DNA from: Eledone cirrhosa
Lineage: Eukaryota
Direction: 5' to 3'
Length of the DNA stretch: 64,000 bases
NCBI GenBank assembly: GCA_964016885.1
Contig: OZ024742.1
Span: forward strand, 235,352,001 to 235,416,000
The notes beneath the pieces were generated by a model that was not told where the DNA came from, made no database searches, and worked only from the letters and a program-made list of their open reading frames with translations. This document shows positions 46,120 through 58,559 of this stretch, one piece after another. Positions within the stretch are counted from its first letter, which is position 1; every line of letters starts with the position of its first letter. Made by a program: the position numbers and the translations under genes.

Positions 46120-48150
46120 ATAATGAAATTATTGTGTACAGTGCTCAGGTGCACTACAACTCATCAAAGGTGCATGTATAGTACATAGAATAATGTACAA
46201 ATGTCAGGAAAATGAACAGTGTACGAGTCATGATATAATAACAATAACAATAATGAAATATTGTGTACAGTGCCCAGGTGCACCACAACTCATCAAAAAA
46301 GTGCATGTACAGTACATAGGGCAATGCACAAACATCAGTAAAATGAACAGTGCACGAGTCATGATACACACGTGTGCATGTGCATGGAAGGGGTACATCA
46401 GGTGTAGTTTTGGCGTATTTTGGGAAGCATGAGTGTCTTAAAGGATGCAGTGTATCGGCAGCTAACGATTGACGCAGGCAGTTTGTTCCATGCTTCAGCA
46501 ACTCTGAGCGTGAAAAAATGTCTACGAAAGTCATGGGAGCTGTGCTGTTTTCTGATCTTGTAGGCATGTCCACGTGTGTTAGACACATGGAGATCAAAGA
46601 GGCGCTCAGGGTTGCAATTGGCGAGATGGTTAAAAACTTTGTGGGTATTCACCAAGTCCATTGCCAGACGTCGGAGCCTCAATGAATCCATGCCCAGGGA
46701 AGCAAGGCGTTCAGAGTATGGTAGGTGTCTGATGGAGGGTATGCGCTTGGTTGCACGTCTCTGAACAGTTTCCAGGAGGTCAATGTTCTGAGCAAGATAG
46801 GGGTTCCAGACTGATGATGCGAATTCCAAGTGTGGTCGTACCATAGCTGTATACAGTTTTAAATAGATGGCTGGAGAGCGGCTAACAAAGGTCTTGCTGA
46901 GTGATGCCAAGACACCCTCGACCTTCTTGACAATCTTAGAGACATGCTTTGTCCAACGCAAATCGTTGCTGACAGTAATGCCCAGGTCACGTTCACAAGA
47001 GGACTTTTTGATATCTGTGTTGTGGAGGGAATATGTGGACGCTGGATTTTTCCTTCCAAAATGCATGGTGGTACACTTGTCCACAGCCAGCTTCAGTTGC
47101 CAGTCTGTGATCCATTGCTGCATTGTGTCCAGGTCTGATTGTAGGAAAGAGTTGTAAATTTCAGGATCAGTCCTTTTGATTTCAAGGTACAGCTTGATGT
47201 CATCTGCATATTTTAGTACCGTGGCATTCTGTAAGTTGGCATCTATGTTGTTAATATATGCCACAAACAAAAGAGGACCAAGAACAGATCCCTGTGGTAC
47301 ACCAGATGACATCTCATATGGTGAAGAATGCTGTCCTAGAACCGTGACTACTTCTTTTTGGCTGAGAATGAAGGATTTCAACCAGTCGAAAAGATCATCC
47401 CTCACACCCATTGCAGAGAGTTTTGCCATAAGTCTTTTGTGTGGCACAGAATTAAAAGCCTTAGCAAAGTCAAGGTAAACAACATCCACCCATGAGCCGC
47501 TGTCAGTGATCCGGGTGATGTCCTCAAGGAACTCGATAAGCTGATCACAGCAGCTGGAGTTAGGGATAAATCCAAACTGAGGGCCGGATGAGGCTGTGAG
47601 AGCTCCAGAAGTTCCAAAGTGTTTCTCTGACACAGGATTCCATCAGTTTGGCCATACAGCTAGTAAGACTGACTGGACGATAGTTGACAGGTGACATGCG
47701 GTTGCCCTTTTTGAACAGGGGAATGACACTGGCAGTTTTCCACTGCTCCGGAGTAGCACCATTGTTGAGACAGTATTGAAAGAAGAAAGAAAGCTGGTGC
47801 AAAAGGAAGTACCTGCCACGTTTGAGAAGCAGGTATGTCACACCATCAAGACCAGGGGAGGCATAGTTGCGCTTATTCTTAAGGTGACGTCGCAACATTG
47901 CAGGTGTAAATTCCATAGTTGTTATGGAATTTGATGTTAGAGATGGTGGAGATGGTACATTCTGGTTTTCAACAGTAAAAATACTTGCATAGCACTCAGC
48001 AATGAGTTCTGCGCATTCCTTGGGATCGTCAGTGATCTGGCTTGTGTGGGGATTGCGAAGAGGACCAACTGGAGAGTGAGGTCTCTGCTTTGAATGAACA
48101 TATTTCCAGAACACCTTACTGTCAGGATTGGTTGCGATGCACTGTTCAAT
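46120..48150 (-). mobile_element. 5'-truncated CR1-clade LINE with complete RT (one frameshift near 47580)
   Basis: NYRPVSLTS, YLDFAKAFNSVPH, SGVPQGSVLGP, KYADDIK, ERDLGI, VRPHLEFA, LETVQRRAT, FFTLRVAEAWNKLP. Confidence 0.95.
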
Positions 48151-48189
48151 GATATATTATTTATTAATGTTCATACATGGAACAAAAGG

Positions 48190-49228
48190 GCTACCTATGG
48201 TTTCAAGGCCCAATGTTTAGCATCTTTCCATATTGTAAGAGGAATTAAATTTATGACCTAGTCATCAGGTGATTGGGTGCATCTGGAGATACTGTTAAAA
48301 ATATAATGCTTCTTTATGAAAACAAAAGAAAATAACTCGAAGTAAATTTGAAATGAGAATGTAGGTGTATGTGGCTGGAACACATAGTAGAGTAATATAA
48401 TGTAGAGATGTTTATATTTATTTAGCTATAGAGTTGAGTAGTATAGGTGTACCATATTATGTGTGGAAAAAGATAGTATAAAAATCAATATTAAGGTGGT
48501 TGAAAATCAGTTGAATTCATTGAATGTTTCTACTTAGCAAGTTGTCCTTTGACATGTAGACATCCTCTAAAATTTCATTCTTAGAGTTCAAATAATTATT
48601 GGTTCAGAGACGACAAACCTTATAATATCCTAAATTTTTCACTGAGACAGACATCTCTTGTACCATTGGTATAAGGTCTGGACTTTTCAAGTAATCTTAT
48701 GTGGGACTCCTTTAATTGCCAGGGCCATACTGGTTCACATATCAGGGTGCCTGAAGGAGTGGAGATGCAAGCAAAATCGTTGTTTAAAACGATCTTTCAT
48801 CATACCCACATATCTTTCACTAACTTCAAAATTTTCTGTTGTGTTGTGTGTAATCTCTGCCTCATACACAATGGATTTGATATTACATTTCTGTTGGAGA
48901 GGGCAGTTCTCTTCAATCCTCCAAGAGCAGCTTGGATTTACATTGGGTTTATTCTTTGATCTCATAGATAAGCCACAAGAATAGGGTATCTTCACGGAAT
49001 TGCAATTGAATATTTTACTGTGTCTATGTTGTGGTGGGAAATGTCTTTCTATTAGATCAAAAACTTATCTACATTAGTCTTTATGTGAAAAGAGAGGTGC
49101 GAACCAGATAATTCTTTTTGTTAACATTTTTAGTATGGTTGGGTTGGAATTGATTGGGTGTGTACTTAATTGTCCTTGAAACCACTATCTAGGAGGGCTT
49201 GGTTATAGCATGGCACAGCCTTATCGAA
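48190..49228 (-). mobile_element. Degenerate Penelope-like (Naiad-like) element, GIY-YIG region
   Basis: YNQALLDSGF, RIIWFAP, HFPPQH..SKIFN, CSWR..NCPLQQKC, IVY..YVG, FKQRF..H, CLSEK, LNSKNEI. Homologous to 12681-13934. Confidence 0.85.
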
Positions 49229-50030
49229 TATATATATATAATTACATTTGTTTTAGACATTTAACATTTAGAATAAAAATTATCTTTGTTTTTTCTGTGT
49301 ATCTGGAGGGTTTTCCTTCTCAGTGTTTATCCAGCTGATGAAATTATAAAATTATTATTACTATTATTGTTGCTATGATAAACTGATTTATTTAGAATAG
49401 TGTCCTCTTTTTGGTTGTTATAATCACGTTTAGTCATTGTACCCTCTGGCTTCTTCCATTTGAAAATATACAGTTCACAAAAGAAGACAGCTAAAATTAA
49501 TATTTCAAGATTTTTATTTTAATGATACAGTGAATATTACAGAATATTGACTCATGGGAGCAATTAAAACCAAGTAAGGTTTAGCTAAACAGCAAATTTA
49601 ACATACAGTAAGGTATATCAGGCTTCATTCCTCAACATACTTGTATTCAAAATAGTTCTTGAGTCTGTAGCAGAGGTTAAATACTGTTGTCTTTGGAAAC
49701 TTTATTTGTTGAGGAACTGGTTGAAATGGCAGAATATGTCAAAAGGGTTACAGAAATAATTCCAAACTTGGAAGAATGGTCAAGATACAATAAGATCTCA
49801 AATAGACTGTCAGCATTTAATAATGAATTTTATTATAAAATACATTGTTATTTGGAGTAAATATGGTATCATAGATATCTAATTATGGTTTCTCTCACGC
49901 ATGGGTTCTTTTATATTCAGTTGAATTACCATTTCTAAAATATGTTTCAATACAGATACTAATGCTTTTTCTCCTGTGTCAGAAATGACAACTTTGTGAA
50001 AACGTTTCCCAGATATTAGTGGTATGGTGT

Positions 50031-50852
50031 TTAGCCCGTATGAATACGAATGTGGCGAGACAAATAAGCCTTTGTAGAAAATGTTTCATTACAGATATCA
50101 CAGGGGTATGATTTTTCTTGAATGTGAATATATTTGTGGGTAGATAAATCATCACTTCCAGAAAATGTTTTATCACATTTATCACACTGATATGGATTTT
50201 CTTCAGTATGAATACATTTATGGGAAACTAAATTATGAATCTCAGAAAACGTTTTACCACAGGCATTACAATTGTATGGTCCTTCTATTCTGTGAATACG
50301 CTTATGAGAAGTTAAATCAGAACTTCTAGAAAATCTTTTCCCACATTGATCACAATGATATGGTTTTTCCCCTGTGTGAATAAGTTTGTGTTGAGTTAAA
50401 TTATCACTTCTAGAAAATGTTTCATTACACATATCACAATGGTATGGTGTCTCTCCTGTATGAATAAGCTTGTGACGAGAGAAATGACTACTTTGGGTAA
50501 ATGTTTCACCACAGATGTCACATTTGTATGGTCTTTCTCCAGTGTGAATACGTTTGTGCCGAAAGAAATTACTACTTACAGAGAATGTTTTGCCACAGAT
50601 GTCACATTTGTATGGTTTTACTCCTGTGTGAACACGTATATGCCGTGAGAAACTATCCTTTAGAGAGAATGTTTTACCACATATATCACATTTGTATACT
50701 TTTTCCCCTCTGTGATTACATTTATGGCAAGATAGTAAATTGACTGAAGTGAATAACTTCCCACATATATCACAAGAATGTGATTTTTCTTTAGTATTTT
50801 CTTGTGGCTGATAAGCTACATCAAGAATTTCAACGTCTGCTTCCTCCTCCAT
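50031..50852 (-). CDS. C2H2 zinc-finger protein, 9 fingers, 273 aa, single coding exon (acceptor at 51239)
   Basis: Nine CxxC-x12-HxxxH units with TGEKP-type linkers. Confidence 0.92.
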   Translation of the reverse strand: MEEEADVEILDVAYQPQENTKEKSHSCDICGKLFTSVNLLSCHKCNHRGEKVYKCDICGKTFSLKDSFSRHIRVHTGVKPYKCDICGKTFSVSSNFFRHKRIHTGERPYKCDICGETFTQSSHFSRHKLIHTGETPYHCDMCNETFSRSDNLTQHKLIHTGEKPYHCDQCGKRFSRSSDLTSHKRIHRIEGPYNCNACGKTFSEIHNLVSHKCIHTEENPYQCDKCDKTFSGSDDLSTHKYIHIQEKSYPCDICNETFSTKAYLSRHIRIHTG

Positions 50853-52331
50853 AATTTTCTCTTATAATCAATACTTTCCCTGTATGAGGGTCTTCTGGTG
50901 ATAACTTTGAGTCGTTTTATTAAGATAGAATCTTGCAATTAACAAACAACTAATGGACCAATTAGCTCCAACTAGCAAGAATCCAGGTATCAGTCCTTAC
51001 AAATAAGACAGTTAAAGTATCATAGGAAATCATCGAAGTTTAATATGTACAGAAAATCTTTCAGTGAACATTTGCGTCAAAATTTTTATAAATAATTTCA
51101 ATTCCAAGAAAATATATTACATCCATTTCATTGTAGAAACTAATTGATACCAGTTTGGTGAAGATTATTAGTCTTCAAAAGTTGATATTGTGACGATAAC
51201 CATCGGCGAAGTGTATTTTTCTTAATATCATATGATTACCTGTAATAAAAGACAACATAAAACTTAAAGGGCAATTATTAAAAAGAAAATATTTTACATG
51301 TGCTGAAAGTTAGAAGGACTTCAAACACATTTACTGAGAAAACATACTGATATAGACACGTGGTAGATATGGATGATAGTATGGATCTTGAAATGAAAAC
51401 CTCTACAGATCAGTGGAGAATATGATAGAAAATTATCTCTTCCACCTGATCCAAGTAAACAAAATTACATATCTACACCGTATTAGATGCAAATTAGACT
51501 ACTGCATTTTGTTCAAACCTTCATTCAGAAATATCTCAAGAGATAAATCATTTTTGTTTTCTTATAGTAGCCGTATATAAAAAGTAAGAAAATATCTGAA
51601 TTTTCTGTTAATTACAATGATGAATATTTCAGTTATTCTATCAATTTATCTGCCTACAAATTATAATAGTATGTAAGGGACTCAATATTCTACAGATACA
51701 TACACAGTTAACGTAATTCTCAATCAGAATTAGTATCAGGCAATATATGACAAAGCTGCTTCTTTGAATTGTAGGTTTGTGTACACTACTGCTAGCGAAA
51801 TGTAAATACAATTCCTGTTACATTTAACAGGTTCCTTTTCCTTTCTATTTTAATTATAATTTTCATAATTACTATATTATTCCATTGTTCATTTACATTT
51901 AACACTGTCTGTTTTCTACTTTAATTACAATTGTCACTATATGTGCGTCCATTAAAAATATAGTAACAATGTGTAATGAATACGAAAAAAAAAAAGATAT
52001 TTATATTCCGAACAAAAATTTGAAAAAATATAAAGTTCCTCGTAGAACTATTTGAATTAGAAAACTATATAACATTTTTTAGAATAATAAAGAACTGCTA
52101 TATCTGAGTGTGTATGTTTTTGTTGTTTTTTCAATTGGTCGTTTCTACAAAATACAGTGAAATATTTTGTCTTCCTACATATGTTCCATTATATTTAAGG
52201 GTGCATTTTCTACTTTAAATTCATTTTTAACTTGTAGCAGCATATATAAAGAAAGTAACTTTTTTTATGTTTCGGTTTTTTGTCAGGGAAATCTATTTAC
52301 ATTTCAAAGGAACCTTAAAAAGGTCTATGCC

Positions 52332-52620
52332 ATGTCTAAAATATATTAAAGATACTTACAATGTAGTTATGAGATGAAAGAATGAGAGATGTACTGAAAT
52401 GATAGATCGGAACTTTTAATTAGTTCTAACAGGATATCTCTATTTTCTCCTAATTAATGAACTATCTCCTCATTAACTTCAGTACTTAATTAGTTATTGC
52501 CAGGATATTGTAAACAAATGTAAAAAAAAAAAATAAACGGAATGAATTTAACATAGCGGAAGTTTTATTGATCTCAGAGGAAGATCTGACCTCTAATCAG
52601 TAGAGAGTTCTCTATAGTTA
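52332..52620 (-). promoter_or_regulatory. Probable promoter and non-coding first exon of the minus-strand ZNF gene
   Basis: ETS-like ACTTCCG (52557-52563), donor catt|gtaagt at 52359, and a paralogous block at 63607-63880. Confidence 0.55.
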
Positions 52621-53739
52621 ATTTTTGTTGTTTACTGAATATGTTGTGTTATTACCCAACGCACGTATTATTAAAGACCTTTCAGCCATATCAATTCTGT
52701 CTTATTTTCAGACATAATGTATCTAAGATTGCATTATCCACTGTACTTTTCATTATTGCTTAATCTCAATTTAGTTCTGATACAGTGAACCGCCAACTCA
52801 TGTACCGGTCTACCTTTTTCCCAAAGGTAGTATATCGACGATGACTATCTTTTATTATTGGTACGTTGAAAAAGAAAGTGAATCGATGATGGTACATTAA
52901 TTTAGTTTCAGATCTACGAACTACGAGATAGCTATCACATTGTATGTTTTAAGGTAAACATACAGAACTACACACCCATCCTGTTCGGTTGTACATTATT
53001 ATTTCTAGGTGTTTTCGTTTGTTTTCAACGAATCTGACATCCGAATCCGTTAGAAACGATTCGTCTTTTAAAAAACGGAGGGGGAACCCACGGAGTTTCC
53101 TAGAAACTTAGAAAAAAAGTTGCTACACGACGGGAGAGGGGTGTAGCTATGTAAATGTATCAAATGATTACGGTTAAAGCTGTGAATATTGAAATACAGA
53201 TCAAAATAGCTATTATGTCATCACCGGAAATAGCTACCTCCAAACCCAAGGATATTTAAGCCAAGTTAAGCCGGCTCACACCCTCCCTCTCACCTTGCTG
53301 ATATGTAACACAGTCGACGCCCGGCTGTAGCAGTCTTTGTTGACTAAGACACTGCAACAACCATCACAGAATATATTCAGGTCAGTAAATCTCCTGTGCA
53401 CAAGGCGATATCTTATCTCAACCAAGTTTCTGCATTCGCACGTTCACTCACAAATTTCAACACATTACAATAAATATTCTCTCATATGTGAATACTACAT
53501 TTAACAACATGTTAACGAAACACAGTTATATCCAGCCTTTTGCGAATTCTGGTTGTGTTATTGTTTGCCACGTGGTTTTGTTTTATTTTATAGGACAAAT
53601 ACAAATATACAAATTAGTTGTTTGGGTTTTCCTTGTTGGTCTGTCTCAATATATCGTGGTCCTGACACAGCAAGCAACATGTTCAACATGCAATAAAATT
53701 CAATGATGTATCACATTAAGTGAAGGTTGTCATTGGTGG

Positions 53740-56320
53740 ATCTTTTCGGTATGGTGCTTGTCTGCGCGTCCCCTACCAGACCCCCGACGACAAGCGCCTA
53801 CCTCCACGCTAATACTTTGGTCAAAATTTAGAAATCTACATTTAGCAGAGTTATGGGCTAAAATTGTTGAAATAATCCCCCTTGTTCGGCTCCTTTCTCG
53901 GCGACGCCACTGCTCCTCGGCTCACAGAACTAAGAATTCTCCCGTTGCAGTAGATGTTTGTCAAGAGGTCATCGAACAAATCTGGCATGTAGGCATAAAG
54001 CTTGTAGGGTAGACCATCCAAATCAGACGATTTACCCCCTCATTGCCTCCCATATCTCAGCGGCTGTTATCGGCTTTTCACAATACTCTGCCTCCATCGC
54101 CAAGAGCCGTGGCAGTCCATTGAGGTAGGCACTAAAGTGCATCCTACGATCCAGCTAACCATTGCTTCCGAACTGATGCTGAAAAGCTATACTTATTTGT
54201 TTGGAATCGAGTAACAAGCACCCGTCGGGGTCCACCAATGACCAGATTGTGATTTGATCCCTTCATGCCTAAGCTCTGACTACATCAGCCTTTGTGTTTC
54301 GCATTGAAGAATTGTTTGAGTACCAATCTTGCTGGAAGCATGTCGGTCGCGATGCCTTTTCTAAATACCTCATCTAGCTTCATGACTTTCTCTACACTTT
54401 CTCTTTCTAGTCCTTTGCTAAACCTTATCAATTCAACTCTAATTGCCGATATCTGTTAGACAGTTGGAATTGTCTGGTTGTGAGGATTTTGCATCCTCCT
54501 CCCTTGTCTGTTAACAACACACATTCCCAGTGTGCATCCAAGATACCGTTCCAGTCACCCACTAACACTAAAAAGCAGGACATTCTGAGAGGTTTCCAGA
54601 TGCCTGAAGAATTCTGGTCGTCCTGCTCTTGTTGGGGCATAGATGGCAACTAACCTGAAAACATGTCCTTTGCTGCCAGTCACGTCCAGCACCACTGACT
54701 TACCTTCTAGATCCAGGAAAATGGTCCATATCATGAAGTCCAGATCCTTCCAGAAACAACACGGAAACTCTACCTCCTAATCCCAGACAGCTTGGAGATG
54801 TGTACACCTCATAGTCTCTGAAAATGGTTGCAAAGTCTCATGCCTCAGAAATTCTGGTCTTGCTGATGGTCAATGCATCCATGTTCAGGGACCTGAGGTT
54901 GTTGAGTGTTGAAAAATCTGCTTGCATGGTGATTGTGTGTATCTTTAAGTATTTCATTAGTTCTGTATTCTTTATGGCCATGTAATTTTTAATGTTTGTT
55001 TCTCTGCGGTGGGTTTGCTTTTTGTTGTTGAGTGTGTTAGTTGATTGTGGTGTATTTTTTGCCTTGCAGCCTTAATTTATTTCCTCTCCACTTTTTGTGT
55101 GGAGTTTGTTCATTATTTTTTTAGTTTTGTTTTTCTTTTTGTCTTTTTTTCTCTTCCATTCCTCATCCTAGTCAGATTTACTGCTTGTCATGTTTGGTCA
55201 CTCCGAATCGAGGAGTAGCATGTCCTCTATTTGTGTTAAATGGTAACTGTGAAATTCTGTTGAGAGTATCAGCAAAATCCTCAACAGCAAGCTTGTCACT
55301 GGAGCAAGGTTCTACTCTGGAAAGTGGGTCCGTGAAACATACATATACATCAGGTCCAAACACAAAAGAACCAAATTCCAGTCACTGCCTCCATCTCTCC
55401 CCATCTCTCACTATTATGAGCCAACTCTGTGCCAATGGTGGTGAGCAGGGAGGTAGCCCTAAGGTCAAGGACACCAGAAGTCTCCACTGCTATGGGCTCA
55501 ACCGCAAACCTGTTGGAGAGCAACCGATATTAGGAGAGTTTACCCTCCTCGCCTCAAAGTGCAGCAGAGACTGGGTTAGTCACATACTGCACTAGGTTGC
55601 CACTAGAAAAGGTGTCACTGCAAGTGGCATCCCAGATGAGGGGTTTACTACTGCGGAAAGGGAAGATGATCATGCTGTCTGGCCTTGGTCCAGCTCTGCC
55701 GGCTCGAGCTTGGAAGGGAAGCATCTAAGTCATGCTTTATGACCGTGTTGAGAGCAGCAAAGCGTGGAAGGCGGCCAGCATTGTAGCAACATTTGTGTGG
55801 CTCGTGGATCCAGAGGCTGAGCCGAAGGGGAAACCCCAATTCGCAGGCTAACATTATCCAGCTGCGTGCCACAAGCTGAAGTGGTTACAAGCCCACTTTG
55901 AAAGACTTCTAGCTTAAACCTTAGTAATGTTCAAACAACTCCTGTGATAGCTTTGGCAGCACAAGTGACTTAAAATAGTGACTTGTGCAGACACTGAAAA
56001 AGCAATTTGGTAGTGAATTGATGGCAGCCAGCTTGAAAGGATCTACATGGAAATTTGGACAGTGGAGGCAGGCTAGAGGGAGAGGGGTGACTGGGTGAGC
56101 AATATTAACTTTGGCAATAAGGCTCGGATGGAGTGCAGGTGGCATTGGAGACAGGCTAGCTGTTGTGGGAGTAGCAGGATGAATAAGGGGGTGAACAGGA
56201 CTAATTCTGTTCAAATCCGATGTTTGGGAAGTGATATGCAATTTAACTCTGCTGGTATGTGGCAAAGGTGGTAGAAAATGAAGACAAAACCTGTTGTCAC
56301 AACACGCATGTCTCCTAGTC
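53740..56320 (-). mobile_element. Degenerate L1/Tx1-like LINE (ORF1 remnants, APE endonuclease)
   Basis: FLVLVGDWNGILD endonuclease motif in a GC-richer block with many stops. Boundaries are approximate. Confidence 0.6.
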
Positions 56321-56986
56321 ACTCAATACATGTTCTTATTATTTGTCGTGGAATAATGTAGTAATTGTGAAAATTATAGTTAAAATAGAATGGCATTTCT
56401 TGGGCATTTTAAACCTAACAGGTCACATCATTCTCTAGCTTTGAACACTGGTAATTTCTTTCAGAGAAGAAAAGAGATTGATAGAGAGGAAGTGAGAAAG
56501 ACATAGTGGAAGAATCATCCCCATCACTGGACCTCGAAAGGACAAAAGACAAAGTTGACCTTGGTGGGACTTGAACTCACAACACATACAGCTAGAATGA
56601 ATACTGCAAAGCATTCTATTGGACATGTTAATGATTCTGCCAATTTGCTGCCAACTCTAGTCTAACTTGCAGTACTTATTGTCAAATATTTTCTCTTCAA
56701 TAATTGTCTGATGTCTTGTTTTCTTATATTACAGGTTCTCAGATGACATCAAAAATATACTTCACACAATGTTATAAACATATTAATCAACTTTTGAAGA
56801 CTAAAACTCTTCACCAAACTGATGTCAAACAGATTTTACAATCTTGGTTAAATGGATGGGAAATATTTTCTTGGAATTGAAATTATCCTAATAAAGCCAC
56901 CTGTAGTTCTTTCTAGAGAGCCAAAACATCATCAGGTTTCAAAAAAGACCATCATACAGGGAAAGTATTCATTATAAGAGAAAGTT

Positions 56987-57724
56987 ATGGAGGAGAAAAC
57001 AGAACCTGAAATTCTTGATTCATCTAATCAGACACAAAAAAATACTGAAAAGAAATCACACTCTTGTGATATATGTGGAAAGATATTCACTTCAAACAAT
57101 TTATTATGTTGCCATAAATATAATGACAGGGGGAAAAAAGTGTACAAATGTGATATATGTGGTAAAACGTTCTCCCAAAGTAGTAATTTTTTTCGACACA
57201 AACATATTCACACAAATATACGATTACACCAGTGTGATATCTGTGGTAAAACGTTTTCTCAAAGTGGCAGTTTACATTCTCACAAGCGTATTCACACGGG
57301 TGAAAAGCCATACCACTGTGATATTTGTGGAAAAAATTTCTCTCGAAGGGATAATTTATCAACTCACAAACGTATTCACACAGGAGAAAAACCATATCAT
57401 TGTGATATTTGTAGTAAAACATATTCTGGAAGTGCTGATTTATCTACTCACAAACTTATTCACACAGGTGAAAGACCATACCAATGCAATATCTGTGATG
57501 AAACATTTTTTACAAAACGTCATTTGTCTTGCCACATACGTAGTCACACAGGAGAAAGACCATACAAATGCAACATCTGTGATAAAGCATTCTCTCAAGC
57601 TAGTCATTTCTCTCGTCACAAACATATTCACACTGAAGAAACACCATACCACTGTGCTATCTGTAATGATGCATTTTCTACAAAGGTTAATTTGTCTCGC
57701 CACATCCGTATTCATACAGGATGA
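56987..57724 (+). CDS. C2H2 zinc-finger protein, 8 fingers (first lacks its second His), 245 aa (acceptor at 56735)
   Basis: Tandem C2H2 units with TGEKP linkers, paralog of 50031-50852. Confidence 0.92.
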   Translation: MEEKTEPEILDSSNQTQKNTEKKSHSCDICGKIFTSNNLLCCHKYNDRGKKVYKCDICGKTFSQSSNFFRHKHIHTNIRLHQCDICGKTFSQSGSLHSHKRIHTGEKPYHCDICGKNFSRRDNLSTHKRIHTGEKPYHCDICSKTYSGSADLSTHKLIHTGERPYQCNICDETFFTKRHLSCHIRSHTGERPYKCNICDKAFSQASHFSRHKHIHTEETPYHCAICNDAFSTKVNLSRHIRIHTG

Positions 57725-58559
57725 ACTCCACATCACTGTAATATCTGGTAAAATGTTTTCTCAAAGTGGTCATTTCTCTTGACACAGGAGAAAAACCATT
57801 AGAATCTGTATTGAAACATATTTTAGAAATGGTAATTCAACTGAATATAAAAGTATCCATGCATGAGAGAAACGATAATTAGGTGATTTCTCTTGTACCA
57901 TATTTACTGCAAATAACAATATATTTTATAATAAAATCCATTATTACATGTTGAGTCTATTTGAGATCTCCTTGTATCTTTTATATGTACTTAATACTGA
58001 GTCAGTTGAATATTTTAGGCTCTTCCGTTAATTATTCCAGTACATTAAGAGTATCTGAAGTTTACCTTTGTACTCAGTATTGAATTGCGCTCCACTTCCT
58101 TTCTACATGCTGAGCAAACCACATCCCATATGGCAACAAGACTTCATGCATGCTCTTTGTTACTAACTAGTAGTCTGATTATTTGGTATGTTGACCATTC
58201 TTCCAAGTTTGGAATTTTTTCTGTAACCCTTTTGACTTGCAAATAAGTCCTTCTCCTTGTACTTGCAGTATAAGCAGGCATGAAGAATCACAGTAAAGGC
58301 GTCCAAAGGGAGGACTTTGGGGTTAAGCTAGAATCCAACTTCAGACTAGCAAATAAAGTGTTCTGGCAGACAATCCGCTTACTGCGTAATAATTGTTTCT
58401 ATTTTTGGCACCAGGCCAGCAATTATCCCAGTGCATTACTGGTACTTTATATTATCAACCCCGTAAGGATGAAAGGCAAAGTTAACCTCGGCGGGATTTG
58501 AACTCAGATCATAAAGGGAGGAGCCTGACCCTCTACCGATACTGCCAATCCACTGCGTA

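Noticed and set aside
49335-49470. CTGATGA...GAAA on the plus strand beside the PLE remnant
   Set aside because: No convincing stem I or stem III pairing
57015-57782. 255-aa overlapping ORF and antisense ORFs over the ZNF genes
   Set aside because: Shadow frames typical of repetitive C2H2 coding sequence
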